DNA of 64,000 nucleotides from Escherichia coli (GTDB lineage Bacteria; Pseudomonadota; Gammaproteobacteria; Enterobacterales; Enterobacteriaceae): NCBI RefSeq assembly GCF_048403405.1, contig NZ_CP183129.1; one strand, 5' to 3'. Shown piece by piece: positions 1 to 11,643 of this stretch (position 1 is its first letter; each line of letters starts with the position of its first letter). The notes under the pieces were generated by a model. It saw only the letters and a program-made list of their open reading frames with translations, ran no database searches and was not told where the DNA came from. The position numbers and the translations under genes were made by a program.

Positions 1-238
1 TTGAGTTTTTTTTACCCAAATATAGGCTCTGGATACAGGACTGATTGGTTATTCCAGAGTATGAGAATTATGTAAGAGGGTTGTACCATGGAAGAAAAGA
101 CCTCCCGCTGTAAACGACTGTTTTGTCGACTAATGGTTCGTTTTGGTAAAAGGTTGTCAGTTAGTTTTCAGTTATCGGTTAACTAAAGGTTTAAGGGATG
201 ACAAATGCCATGGAAGGTGATTTTAATAAGGAATAGTT

Positions 239-1801
239 ATGTACCCTACTAGTTTAATTACTTCCCCGTGGTTGCCTGTTCGTTTCAAAGACGGAACGAC
301 AGGCAAGCTGGCGCCAGTCGATCTGGCTGATGAAAATGTTGTCGATATCGCTGCGCCTCGGGCAGATCTCCAGGGGGCGGCATGGCAGTTTTTGCTGGGA
401 CTATTACAAACCAGCTTCGCGCCAAAAGATCAACGTCGTTGGGATGACATCTGGGAAGACGGACTGGAAGCTGAAAAGCTACGGGAAGCATTGCTGTCAT
501 TAGACCATGCTTTCCAGTTCGGGCCAGATTCACCTTCATTTATGCAGGATTTTGAGGCGCTCACGGGAGATAAAGTTCCGGTCGCTTCGCTACTGCCTGA
601 GATTCCCGGCGTTCAAACAACAAAGTTTAATAAAGACCACTTTATCAAGCGTGGTGTAACGGAACACCTGTGCCCACAGTGTTCTGCACTAGCCTTGTTC
701 TCTCTACAGTTAAATGCACCGTCAGGCGGCAAAGGCTATCGCACCGGTTTACGCGGCGGTGGGCCGATGACGACTCTCATTGAATTACAGGAATATCAGG
801 GCAATCAACAAACACCCTTGTGGCGCAAACTGTGGCTCAACGTGATGCCGCAGGATGAAGCCGACTTACCGCTACCCAAAAAATTTGACGATCTGATTTT
901 CCCCTGGCTAGGCCCGACGCGTACCAGCGAACTGGCCGGTGCGGTGGTAACCCATGATCAGGTCAATAAACTCCAGGCGTACTGGGGAATGCCGCGGCGT
1001 ATACGTATTGATTTTAATACCACGACAGTCGGCAACTGCGATATTTGCGACGAGCAGAACGACGCGCTCCTGAGCCTGATGACGACCAAAAATTACGGTG
1101 CCAATTATGCCATGTGGCAGCATCCCTTAACGCCTTACCGTGTACCACTTAAAGAGGGTGGCGAGTTTTACTCCGTTAAACCACAACCGGGCGGTTTAAT
1201 CTGGCGCGACTGGTTAGGCCTTATCGAAACGGGTAAATCAGAAAACAATACGGAACTTCCCGCGCTGGTGGTGAAACTCTTTAATGCCAGCAGTCTGAAA
1301 CAGGCAAAAGTGGGCCTATGGGGATTTGGTTATGATTTTGACAACATGAAAGCGCGCTGTTGGTACGAACACCATTTCCCGCTACTGCTCAATAAAAAAG
1401 AAGGCCAGATACCGAAGCTGCGGCTGGCTGCGCAAACGGCTTCACGGATTCTGAGTCTGTTACGGAGTGCATTGAAAGAAGCATGGTTCTCCGATCCAAA
1501 AGGTGCAAGGGGTGATTTCAGTTTTGTGGATATCGACTTCTGGAACAAAACTCAGCATCGCTTCCTGAGGTTAGTGCGCCAAATTGAAGAAGGTCAGGAT
1601 GCGGATGAATTACTCGGCAAATGGCAAAAGGAAATTTGGTTATTCGCGCGTCAGGATTTTGACGAGCGTGTATTCACTAATCCTTATGAGCCCGTTGATT
1701 TGAAACGCGTCATGACCGCGCGCAAGAAATATTTTACAACATCGGCGGAGAAGCAAAGTGCTAAAGCCGCCAGGGAGAAAAAGCAGGAGGCTGCTGAATG
1801 A
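239..1801 (+). CDS. casA: Type I-E Cascade large subunit Cse1/CasA (Cas8e)
   Basis: 520 aa ORF, first gene of a block followed by cse2-cas7-cas5-cas6e-cas1-cas2 and a CRISPR array; ATG at 239; stop overlaps casB start (ATGA). Confidence 0.8.
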   Translation: MYPTSLITSPWLPVRFKDGTTGKLAPVDLADENVVDIAAPRADLQGAAWQFLLGLLQTSFAPKDQRRWDDIWEDGLEAEKLREALLSLDHAFQFGPDSPSFMQDFEALTGDKVPVASLLPEIPGVQTTKFNKDHFIKRGVTEHLCPQCSALALFSLQLNAPSGGKGYRTGLRGGGPMTTLIELQEYQGNQQTPLWRKLWLNVMPQDEADLPLPKKFDDLIFPWLGPTRTSELAGAVVTHDQVNKLQAYWGMPRRIRIDFNTTTVGNCDICDEQNDALLSLMTTKNYGANYAMWQHPLTPYRVPLKEGGEFYSVKPQPGGLIWRDWLGLIETGKSENNTELPALVVKLFNASSLKQAKVGLWGFGYDFDNMKARCWYEHHFPLLLNKKEGQIPKLRLAAQTASRILSLLRSALKEAWFSDPKGARGDFSFVDIDFWNKTQHRFLRLVRQIEEGQDADELLGKWQKEIWLFARQDFDERVFTNPYEPVDLKRVMTARKKYFTTSAEKQSAKAAREKKQEAAE

Positions 1802-2334
1802 GTATTGTAAAAGAGGAGCACAAAGCCACGCTGCGTAAATGGCACGAAGAGTTGCAGGAAAAACGCGGCAATCGTGCCAGTCTGCGGCGTAGCACAACGG
1901 TTAATGATGTTTGTCTGTCAGAAGGGTTTCGTTCTCTGCTGATGCAGACCCACACGTTGTGGAAAATTGAATCACAGGAGTGGCGTTTTACCGCACTGGC
2001 ACTGGTTGCCGCCGTTGCCGCCAATGTAAAAGCCATTGATGAACGGCAGCCTTTTGCCGCGCAGTTGGCGGCGGTAATGTCTGAGGGGCGTTTTACTCGC
2101 CTGTCGGCAGTCAAAACGCCGGATGAATTACTGCGCCAGTTACGTCGCGCGGTCAAATTATTAAATGGTTCCGTCAATCTTATCTCTTTGGCAGACGATA
2201 TTTTCCGCTGGTGCCAGGAGAGCGACGATCTGCTCAATCATCACCGCCGCCAGCAGCGGCCAACAGAATTTATCCGTATCCGCTGGGCGCTGGAATATTA
2301 CCAGGCTGGCGACGCCGATAACGAACAAAATTAA
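1798..2334 (+). CDS. casB: Type I-E Cascade small subunit Cse2/CasB
   Basis: 178 aa ORF; AGGAGG 8 nt upstream of ATG 1798; position between casA and casC. Confidence 0.8.
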   Translation: MSIVKEEHKATLRKWHEELQEKRGNRASLRRSTTVNDVCLSEGFRSLLMQTHTLWKIESQEWRFTALALVAAVAANVKAIDERQPFAAQLAAVMSEGRFTRLSAVKTPDELLRQLRRAVKLLNGSVNLISLADDIFRWCQESDDLLNHHRRQQRPTEFIRIRWALEYYQAGDADNEQN

Positions 2335-2348
2335 TAAAGGACTATCTC

Positions 2349-3404
2349 ATGACGACATTTATTCAGCTTCATTTGTTAACCGCTTACCCTGCTGCCAACC
2401 TTAACCGTGATGACACCGGTGCGCCAAAAACTGTGGTACTGGGTGGAGCAACGCGTCTGCGCGTTTCCTCACAAAGTCTGAAACGTGCGTGGCGCACTTC
2501 TGCACTTTTTGAACAGGCACTGGCGGGCCATATTGGTATTCGCAGTGGGCGTATTGCGCGTGAGGCGGCAACTATCCTGATTGAGAAAGGCATCGAAGAG
2601 AAAAAAGCCATCGAATGGGCGGCAAAAATTGCGGATTATCTTGGGAAAGCTAAAAACGACAAAAAACCAAAAGATCCGCTCACTAACGCCGAAACTGAAC
2701 AGCTAGTCCATATCAGCCCGGCAGAATTTGACGCCGTAAAAGCGCTGGCCCATCAACTGGCCGAAGAAAAGCGCGCGCCAAAAGAGGAAGATCTCGCTTT
2801 GTTACGTAAAGATCGCATGGCGGTAGATATCGCTATGTTTGGTCGTATGCTGGCGAATAAACCCGAATTTAATGTTGAAGCCGCCTGCCAGGTCGCGCAT
2901 GCATTTGGTGTCAGTGAAACGATTGTCGAAGATGATTTTTTCACCGCCGTTGATGATTTGCGCCAGGCTTCTGAAGATGCCGGTGCCGGGCATCTCGGAG
3001 AAACCGGATTCGGTTCAGCACTTTTCTACACCTATATCTGCATTGATAAAGATCTGCTGGTCGAAAACCTCGGCGGTGACGAAGCGTTAGCTAATCAGAC
3101 CATACGCGCCTTTACGGAAGCTGCGCTTAAAGTCTCCCCCACCGGTAAACAAAACAGTTTTGCCAGCCGTGCCTACGCCTCCTGGGCGCTGGCAGAAAAA
3201 GGCACCGAACAACCGCGTTCTCTGGCGGCGGCTTTCTATGAACCCATTAATGGCACCCGTCAGTTAGATGTGGCGGTGCAGCGTATTACAACGCTTCGCG
3301 AAAATATGAATACGGTCTACGAACAGAAGACCGAATGCACAAGTTTTGACGTGATGAACAAACAGGGAAGCATGAAGGACGTGCTGGACTTTATCTGCGC
3401 GTAA
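2349..3404 (+). CDS. casC: Type I-E Cascade backbone subunit Cas7e/CasC
   Basis: 351 aa ORF in the conserved position; size and context fit Cas7e. Confidence 0.85.
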   Translation: MTTFIQLHLLTAYPAANLNRDDTGAPKTVVLGGATRLRVSSQSLKRAWRTSALFEQALAGHIGIRSGRIAREAATILIEKGIEEKKAIEWAAKIADYLGKAKNDKKPKDPLTNAETEQLVHISPAEFDAVKALAHQLAEEKRAPKEEDLALLRKDRMAVDIAMFGRMLANKPEFNVEAACQVAHAFGVSETIVEDDFFTAVDDLRQASEDAGAGHLGETGFGSALFYTYICIDKDLLVENLGGDEALANQTIRAFTEAALKVSPTGKQNSFASRAYASWALAEKGTEQPRSLAAAFYEPINGTRQLDVAVQRITTLRENMNTVYEQKTECTSFDVMNKQGSMKDVLDFICA

Positions 3405-3414
3405 GGGGCGGCTT

Positions 3415-4161
3415 ATGAGCCAATATCTGATTTTTCAGCTTCATGGGCCGATGGCATCCTGGGGCGTCGATGCCCCCGGTGAAGTGCGTCATACCCATGA
3501 ACTGCCTTCGCGCTCAGCATTGCTGGGGCTGCTGGCTGCCGGGGTAGGGATTCGGCGTGATGATACCGAACGCTTAAACGCGTTTAATCGCCACTATTCA
3601 CTGGTGGTTTGCGCCAGCCGTAACCCGCGCTGGGCACGGGATTATCACACGGTCCAGATGCCAAAAGAGGTGCGTAAAGCGCGTTATTTCAGCCGTCGCG
3701 AAGAGTTGAGCGACCCTGATCTTCTGAGCGCGATTATCTCCCGGCGCGACTACTACACCGATGCCTGGTGGATGGTGGCGGTGGCAACAACAGCCGATGC
3801 GCCTTACAGCCTCGAACAGTTGCAGGAAGGTTTACGCCATCCGGTTTTTCCGCTTTATCTGGGGAGAAAAAGTCATCCGCTGGCGTTACCACTTGCGCCG
3901 TTACTGCTCGAAGGCAACGCGTCTGATGTCTTACGTAACGCATACCAACAGTATCAGGATCGTTTCCACGAACTGAAAGTCTCACTCCCGAAACTTCAGG
4001 ATGAATGCTGGTGGGAAGGGGAGCACGATGGCCTGGTCGCGAGCAAAATATTACGCCGCCGGGATGTTCCTTTAAATCGTCAGCAGTGGCTGTTTGGGGA
4101 ACGCACCGTCAATCAGGGGCCGTGGCTCAGCAAGGAGAAACCATGTACCTCTCAAGAATAA
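3415..4161 (+). CDS. casD: Type I-E Cascade subunit Cas5e/CasD
   Basis: 248 aa ORF in the conserved position; overlaps casE start by 19 nt. Confidence 0.8.
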   Translation: MSQYLIFQLHGPMASWGVDAPGEVRHTHELPSRSALLGLLAAGVGIRRDDTERLNAFNRHYSLVVCASRNPRWARDYHTVQMPKEVRKARYFSRREELSDPDLLSAIISRRDYYTDAWWMVAVATTADAPYSLEQLQEGLRHPVFPLYLGRKSHPLALPLAPLLLEGNASDVLRNAYQQYQDRFHELKVSLPKLQDECWWEGEHDGLVASKILRRRDVPLNRQQWLFGERTVNQGPWLSKEKPCTSQE

Positions 4162-4789
4162 CCTTACATACCGGCCAGCTTTCGCCTGCGCAGTTGCTGC
4201 ATCTGGTGGATCGCGGTGAATATGTGATGCATCAGTGGCTGTGGGATCTTTTCCCCGGCGGCAAAGAAAGGCAATTTCTTTATCGTCGGGAAGAACTCCA
4301 GGGGGCGTTTCGCTTTTTTGTCCTGTCGCAGGAACGCCCGGCGGAAAGTGATATTTTCACCATCGAATGCCGACCATTTGCGCCAGAGTTGCGTACCGGA
4401 CAATCCCTTTGTTTCAACCTGCAGGCGAATCCAACAATTTGTAAAGCGGGCAAACGCCACGACTTGCTGATGGAGGCGAAACGGCAGGTGAGGGGGCAGG
4501 TGGAAGGAAGTGATGTCTGGTTGCATCAACAACAGGCTGCGCTGGACTGGCTGGCAGCGCAGGGGGAGAGAAGCGGTTTTACACTGCTGGATACTTCGGT
4601 TGATGCCTACCGACAACAGCAACTGCGGCGGGAAAACTCCCGGCAACTGATCCAGTTCAGTAGCGTGGATTATACGGGGATGCTTACGGTCACCGATCCT
4701 AGGTTATTTCTGCAACGTCTCAGTCAGGGGTATGGCAAAAGCCGGGCGTTCGGTTGTGGTCTGATGCTGATCAAACCCGGAGCAGAGGC

Positions 4790-4793
<4 letters not shown>
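4143..4793 (+). CDS. casE: CRISPR pre-crRNA endoribonuclease Cas6e/CasE
   Basis: Track ORF 4005..4793 trimmed to ATG 4143, which is preceded by AAGGAG and begins MYLSRI as in CasE proteins; 216 aa. Confidence 0.8.
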
Positions 4794-6003
<1,210 letters not shown>

Positions 6004-6099
6004 GTTATCCGTTCTTTAAAAATAAGGAAATGTTTGAATTTAGTTGGTAGATTGTTGATGTGAAATAAAGTTGTTTAAAAACAGATATGTATGCTTAGT
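6004..6099 (+). promoter_or_regulatory. CRISPR leader (AT-rich, between cas2 and first repeat)
   Basis: 96 bp AT-rich segment between cas2 stop and repeat 1; the degenerate repeat lies at the far end, consistent with a leader here. Confidence 0.6.
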
Positions 6100-6496
6100 G
6101 TGTTCCCCGCGCCAGCGGGGATAAACCGAATACGCAACAGTGTTTTTATTGACAACACCGGTGTTCCCCGCGCCAGCGGGGATAAACCGGCAACGCCAGT
6201 AAATCAGACCAACGGCGCTGGGTGTTCCCCGCGCCAGCGGGGATAAACCGCGTTGTTTTGCCGGGTCGGGTGAATATATCGTAGTGTTCCCCGCGCCAGC
6301 GGGGATAAACCGGCCAGATTTCCAGTTCACTGGTCTTCGCGGCAAGTGTTCCCCGCGCCAGCGGGGATAAACCGAATGAGAGCTGACAGGTGTATGTCAT
6401 CAGTACGTGTTCCCCGCACCAGCGGGGATAAACCGTAATATTAGACTAATGTTTTTTTGTTGAGTTCGTGTTCCCCGCGCCAGCGGGGAACTCCCA
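6100..6496 (+). CRISPR. Type I-E CRISPR array, 7 repeats and 6 spacers
   Basis: 29-bp repeat GTGTTCCCCGCGCCAGCGGGGATAAACCG at 6100, 6161, 6222, 6284, 6346, 6407, 6468; spacers 32, 32, 33, 33, 32, 32 bp; repeat 6 has one substitution (CGCACC); repeat 7 is degenerate at its 3' end. Confidence 0.95.
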
Positions 6497-6515
6497 GCTC
6501 TCATTTTCAAACCCA

Positions 6516-7553
6516 TCAAGACGCCTTCGCCAGCTCCTTCACCAGCGGTAGCATTATCCGCATAACGTCACGGCAGCGACGTTCTATTCTTCCAGGAAGT
6601 GCCTTATCAATATGTTGTTGATTATCCAGTCTTACGTCATGCCAGCTATTTCCCGCAGGGAATGCAGCTGTTTTTGCGCGTTGCTGATAACCATCCTTAT
6701 TCCCAAGATTCCAATTTGTTGCTTCTACCGAAAGTACGGCAATACCGGCTTTGTCGAAAACTTCGGCATCATTACAACAGCCAGTACCCTTCGGATAATT
6801 TTTATTCAAACCCGGATTGGTCGTTGCGGCAATTCCATGACTACGCGCAATTGCCAGCGCCCTGTCGCGCGTTAATTTCCTTACTGCTTCAGGGGTTTTT
6901 ACACCGCTGTTGAAATACAATTTATCGCCAACAATTAAGTTATCGAGATTAATCACCAGCAGCGTATTTTTCTTTTCGGTGTCACTCATCCGCTTGAGTA
7001 AATTCTCAGCGCCTAATTTCCCTTCCTCTTCGCCGCTGGTCGCCACAAATCGAATACCATACTCGGTAGGCGTATTTTTCAGGCGTTCTGCCAGTTCCAG
7101 CATGACACCTAAACCTGCAGCGTTATCATCCATTCCTTGTAACGTCAGTCCGCCGAGATTGGCATCGGCGTCAGCATCGCTCAGCGGGGCGTAAGTATCC
7201 AGATGCGCCATAATGATGATCTGCTGCGGCGCTTTGCCTTCATGAGCGGCAATCACCGTACTTCCCGTCACGTTATGCCAGCTCTTGCGATTATCGCGGG
7301 CGGTATAAATATACCGACTATTAAATGTCCGAATATCACTGCGATAACCCATTTGCTGAAACTGTTGGCGAATATAATCGGCAGATAACATTTCTGCAGG
7401 AGTTCCGGTCATGCGTCCCGGAAAGAAAGTAGCAATATGTCGTGCCTGGGTATTAGCAAAATCGCCAGGTTTAGGTGACGAGGCGTGTACGGGGAGAATA
7501 AAGCATACGCCGAGCGCCAGGGCAGCGGTACGGTGGCGCAATGCGGAAAACAT
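6516..7553 (-). CDS. iap: Alkaline phosphatase isozyme conversion aminopeptidase
   Basis: 345 aa ORF with signal peptide, convergent with the array; matches remembered E. coli Iap and K-12 synteny (iap next to CRISPR). Confidence 0.85.
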   Translation of the reverse strand: MFSALRHRTAALALGVCFILPVHASSPKPGDFANTQARHIATFFPGRMTGTPAEMLSADYIRQQFQQMGYRSDIRTFNSRYIYTARDNRKSWHNVTGSTVIAAHEGKAPQQIIIMAHLDTYAPLSDADADANLGGLTLQGMDDNAAGLGVMLELAERLKNTPTEYGIRFVATSGEEEGKLGAENLLKRMSDTEKKNTLLVINLDNLIVGDKLYFNSGVKTPEAVRKLTRDRALAIARSHGIAATTNPGLNKNYPKGTGCCNDAEVFDKAGIAVLSVEATNWNLGNKDGYQQRAKTAAFPAGNSWHDVRLDNQQHIDKALPGRIERRCRDVMRIMLPLVKELAKAS

Positions 7554-7804
7554 AGTGAGTCCTTAAATACCATGCAAATTTTTTTACCGCCATAGTATGA
7601 AACTGCCGCTGCGCTAAAACAATTTCAAATCTTCCTAAACGCCCGAAATCCGGTGCCTTAAGCACTTTTTGATATTAGCTTTGCCAAATCGTTATTCCGT
7701 TAAGGAACTACTCATTCTAATTGGTAATTTCATTCGTTCTCTTACGCTCCCTATAGTCGAAACATCTGATGGCAAGAAAATAGCGGTATTGCAAAGGAAC
7801 GGTT

Positions 7805-8713
7805 ATGGATCAAAAACGACTTACTCACCTGCGGCAACTGGAGGCGGAAAGCATCCATATTATTCGCGAGGTGGCGGCAGAATTCTCAAATCCGGTGATG
7901 CTCTACTCTATCGGTAAAGATTCCAGTGTCATGCTGCATCTGGCGCGCAAGGCGTTTTATCCAGGTACGCTGCCTTTCCCGTTGCTGCATGTCGATACCG
8001 GCTGGAAATTCCGCGAGATGTATGAGTTCCGCGATCGTACTGCTAAAGCCTACGGCTGCGAGCTGCTGGTGCATAAAAACCCGGAAGGCGTGGCGATGGG
8101 GATTAATCCATTCATACACGGCAGCGCGAAACATACCGATATTATGAAAACTGAAGGCCTGAAACAGGCCCTGAACAAATACGGTTTTGATGCCGCCTTC
8201 GGTGGTGCGCGCCGTGACGAAGAAAAATCCCGCGCTAAAGAGCGAATCTACTCTTTCCGTGACCGCTTCCATCGCTGGGATCCGAAAAATCAGCGCCCGG
8301 AGCTGTGGCACAACTACAACGGGCAAATTAACAAAGGTGAAAGCATCCGCGTCTTCCCGCTCTCTAACTGGACCGAGCAGGATATCTGGCAATACATCTG
8401 GCTGGAAAATATCGACATTGTGCCGCTGTATCTCGCTGCGGAACGTCCGGTTCTGGAACGCGACGGTATGTTGATGATGATTGATGACAACCGTATCGAC
8501 CTGCAACCGGGCGAAGTGATTAAAAAACGGATGGTGCGTTTCCGTACGCTGGGCTGCTGGCCGCTGACCGGTGCGGTGGAGTCAAATGCACAAACACTGC
8601 CGGAAATCATCGAAGAGATGCTGGTTTCCACCACCAGTGAACGTCAGGGCCGCGTGATTGACCGCGACCAGGCGGGGTCTATGGAGCTGAAAAAACGTCA
8701 GGGGTATTTTTAA
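7805..8713 (+). CDS. cysD: Sulfate adenylyltransferase subunit 2
   Basis: 302 aa ORF; first of cysD-cysN-cysC. Confidence 0.95.
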   Translation: MDQKRLTHLRQLEAESIHIIREVAAEFSNPVMLYSIGKDSSVMLHLARKAFYPGTLPFPLLHVDTGWKFREMYEFRDRTAKAYGCELLVHKNPEGVAMGINPFIHGSAKHTDIMKTEGLKQALNKYGFDAAFGGARRDEEKSRAKERIYSFRDRFHRWDPKNQRPELWHNYNGQINKGESIRVFPLSNWTEQDIWQYIWLENIDIVPLYLAAERPVLERDGMLMMIDDNRIDLQPGEVIKKRMVRFRTLGCWPLTGAVESNAQTLPEIIEEMLVSTTSERQGRVIDRDQAGSMELKKRQGYF

Positions 8714-8714
8714 G

Positions 8715-10142
8715 ATGAACACCGCACTTGCACAACAAATCGCCAATGAAGGCGGCGTCGAAGCCTGGATGATTGCGCAACAACATAAAAGCCTGCTGCG
8801 TTTTCTGACCTGTGGTAGCGTCGATGACGGCAAAAGTACCCTGATTGGTCGCCTGCTGCACGATACCCGCCAAATCTACGAAGATCAGCTCTCATCGCTG
8901 CATAACGACAGTAAACGTCACGGCACCCAGGGCGAAAAACTGGATTTGGCGTTGCTGGTGGATGGCCTGCAAGCTGAGCGCGAACAGGGCATCACTATTG
9001 ATGTGGCTTACCGTTATTTCTCTACCGAGAAGCGTAAATTTATTATCGCCGACACCCCAGGGCACGAGCAGTACACCCGCAATATGGCGACTGGCGCATC
9101 GACATGTGAACTGGCGATCTTACTGATCGATGCCCGTAAAGGCGTGCTCGATCAAACCCGTCGTCACAGTTTTATCTCCACACTGTTGGGGATCAAACAT
9201 CTGGTCGTGGCGATCAACAAAATGGATCTGGTGGATTACAGTGAAGAGACGTTCACCCGTATTCGTGAAGATTATCTGACCTTTGCCGGGCAGCTGCCGG
9301 GTAATCTGGATATCCGCTTTGTGCCGCTCTCCGCACTGGAAGGCGACAACGTGGCTTCGCAAAGTGAAAGTATGCCGTGGTACAGCGGTCCGACACTGCT
9401 CGAAGTGCTGGAAACCGTGGAGATCCAGCGAGTGGTGGATGCTCAGCCAATGCGCTTCCCGGTGCAGTACGTTAATCGCCCGAATCTCGATTTTCGTGGC
9501 TACGCCGGAACGCTGGCATCCGGTCGCGTGGAAGTCGGGCAACGTGTCAAAGTGCTGCCCTCTGGTGTGGAATCAAACGTCGCGCGGATCGTGACTTTTG
9601 ATGGCGATCGCGAAGAAGCCTTTGCCGGAGAAGCGATCACCCTGGTGCTGACGGATGAGATCGACATCAGCCGTGGCGATCTGCTGCTGGCGGCAGACGA
9701 AGCGTTACCAGCTGTGCAGAGCGCGTCGGTGGATGTGGTATGGATGGCGGAACAGCCGCTTTCCCCGGGCCAGAGTTACGACATCAAAATTGCCGGTAAG
9801 AAGACGCGTGCTCGTGTTGATGGCATTCGTTATCAGGTTGATATTAATAACCTTACCCAACGCGAAGTTGAAAACCTGCCGCTGAACGGCATCGGCCTGG
9901 TGGATCTCACTTTTGACGAGCCACTGGTGTTAGATCGTTATCAGCAAAATCCGGTTACCGGTGGGCTGATTTTTATCGATCGCCTTAGCAATGTGACCGT
10001 GGGTGCCGGTATGGTGCACGAGCCAGTTAGCCAGGCAACTGCTGCGCCATCTGAATTCAGTGCATTCGAACTGGAATTGAATGCTCTGGTTCGTCGCCAC
10101 TTTCCGCACTGGGGCGCGCGCGATTTGCTGGGGGATAAATAA
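8715..10142 (+). CDS. cysN: Sulfate adenylyltransferase subunit 1 (GTPase)
   Basis: 475 aa ORF with GTP-binding motifs ([17 protein letters not shown]). Confidence 0.95.
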   Translation: MNTALAQQIANEGGVEAWMIAQQHKSLLRFLTCGSVDDGKSTLIGRLLHDTRQIYEDQLSSLHNDSKRHGTQGEKLDLALLVDGLQAEREQGITIDVAYRYFSTEKRKFIIADTPGHEQYTRNMATGASTCELAILLIDARKGVLDQTRRHSFISTLLGIKHLVVAINKMDLVDYSEETFTRIREDYLTFAGQLPGNLDIRFVPLSALEGDNVASQSESMPWYSGPTLLEVLETVEIQRVVDAQPMRFPVQYVNRPNLDFRGYAGTLASGRVEVGQRVKVLPSGVESNVARIVTFDGDREEAFAGEAITLVLTDEIDISRGDLLLAADEALPAVQSASVDVVWMAEQPLSPGQSYDIKIAGKKTRARVDGIRYQVDINNLTQREVENLPLNGIGLVDLTFDEPLVLDRYQQNPVTGGLIFIDRLSNVTVGAGMVHEPVSQATAAPSEFSAFELELNALVRRHFPHWGARDLLGDK

Positions 10143-10747
10143 TGGCGCTGCATGACGAAAACGTCGTCTGGCATAGCCATCCGGTCACTGTGCAACAACG
10201 CGAGCTACACCACGGTCATCGTGGTGTAGTGCTGTGGTTTACCGGCCTCTCCGGGTCCGGTAAATCAACGGTCGCCGGGGCGCTGGAGGAGGCATTACAT
10301 AAACTCGGCGTCAGTACGTATCTGCTGGATGGCGACAATGTTCGCTACGGATTATGCAGCGATCTCGGTTTTAGCGATGCCGATCGTAAAGAGAATATCC
10401 GTCGCGTCGGTGAAGTGGCGAATTTGATGGTTGAAGCCGGACTGGTAGTGCTGACCGCATTTATCTCGCCACACCGCGCCGAACGCCAGATGGTTCGCGA
10501 ACGCGTAGGAGAAGGGCGCTTTATCGAAGTGTTTGTCGATACGCCGCTGGCGATTTGCGAAGCCCGCGATCCAAAAGGCTTATATAAGAAAGCGCGTGCC
10601 GGTGAACTGCGCAACTTTACGGGAATAGATTCCGTTTACGAAGCGCCTGAATCGGCAGAAATTCATCTCAATGGTGAACAATTAGTAACAAATTTGGTAC
10701 AGCAATTATTAGATCTGTTGAGACAGAACGATATTATCAGATCCTGA
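10142..10747 (+). CDS. cysC: Adenylyl-sulfate kinase
   Basis: 201 aa ORF with P-loop GLSGSGKST; start overlaps cysN stop. Confidence 0.95.
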   Translation: MALHDENVVWHSHPVTVQQRELHHGHRGVVLWFTGLSGSGKSTVAGALEEALHKLGVSTYLLDGDNVRYGLCSDLGFSDADRKENIRRVGEVANLMVEAGLVVLTAFISPHRAERQMVRERVGEGRFIEVFVDTPLAICEARDPKGLYKKARAGELRNFTGIDSVYEAPESAEIHLNGEQLVTNLVQQLLDLLRQNDIIRS

Positions 10748-10796
10748 GACACCACCGGGTTTCCATGCCCGGTTCGTCAAAGTAACAGGATCAAAT

Positions 10797-11120
10797 ATGC
10801 GTAATAGCCATAACATTACACTAACAAATAACGACAGCCTTACTGAGGATGAAGAAACCACATGGTCACTGCCTGGTGCCGTGGTCGGTTTTATCTCCTG
10901 GTTATTTGCGCTGGCGATGCCGATGTTGATTTATGGCTCTAACACGCTGTTCTTCTTTATCTACACCTGGCCTTTCTTTCTGGCGCTGATGCCCGTCGCG
11001 GTAGTGGTGGGGATTGCGCTGCATTCATTGATGGACGGAAAGCTACGCTACAGTATTGTTTTCACCCTGGTGACAGTAGGCATTATGTTTGGCGCACTGT
11101 TTATGTGGCTACTGGGCTAA
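10797..11120 (+). CDS. ygbE: Inner membrane protein YgbE
   Basis: 107 aa hydrophobic ORF between cysC and ftsB, as in K-12. Confidence 0.75.
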   Translation: MRNSHNITLTNNDSLTEDEETTWSLPGAVVGFISWLFALAMPMLIYGSNTLFFFIYTWPFFLALMPVAVVVGIALHSLMDGKLRYSIVFTLVTVGIMFGALFMWLLG

Positions 11121-11313
11121 TTTGTACTTTCCCGTCTCCTCTGTTCATAATTCAAACCGTAACTAATAATGAGATTATGTTCTGCACGCCCTGGGTATAC
11201 GTAACAATGGACAAATGTGGTACATTTGCCCGCGTTGTCGCGGTATCCCCAACAGAGGATGTAGAGTCGTCTTCGGATGCATGGGATGATGATGCCGTTT
11301 TTCAGGGGGCAGG

Positions 11314-11625
11314 ATGGGTAAACTAACGCTGCTGTTGCTGGCTATTCTGGTCTGGCTACAGTATTCGCTGTGGTTCGGTAAGAACGGTATACATGACTAT
11401 ACCCGCGTCAATGATGATGTGGCGGCACAGCAAGCTACAAACGCGAAACTTAAAGCGCGAAACGATCAACTTTTTGCCGAAATTGACGATCTCAATGGCG
11501 GCCAGGAGGCGCTCGAAGAGCGTGCGCGTAATGAACTCAGCATGACCAGGCCGGGCGAAACTTTTTATCGTCTGGTGCCTGACGCGTCGAAGCGCGCACA
11601 GTCTGCGGGGCAAAACAATCGATAA
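11314..11625 (+). CDS. ftsB: Cell division protein FtsB
   Basis: 103 aa ORF with N-terminal transmembrane segment and coiled-coil region; upstream of ispD. Confidence 0.9.
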
Positions 11626-11643
11626 ATCAGCCCAGGAATTAAC

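Noticed and set aside
4754-4789. Upstream TTG start for cas1 overlapping casE by 40 nt
   Set aside because: GTG 4790 overlaps the casE stop in the usual coupled arrangement and begins the conserved Cas1 N-terminus.
6040-6400. Minus-strand ORFs of 101 and 84 aa across the CRISPR array
   Set aside because: Their translations are periodic copies of the repeat (FIPAGAGNT, PLARGT, YPRWRGEH), an artefact of translating the array.
11105-11326. 73-aa ORF in the ygbE-ftsB intergenic region
   Set aside because: Overlaps the ygbE 3' end, has no convincing RBS, and the region is the expected ftsB promoter/5' UTR.
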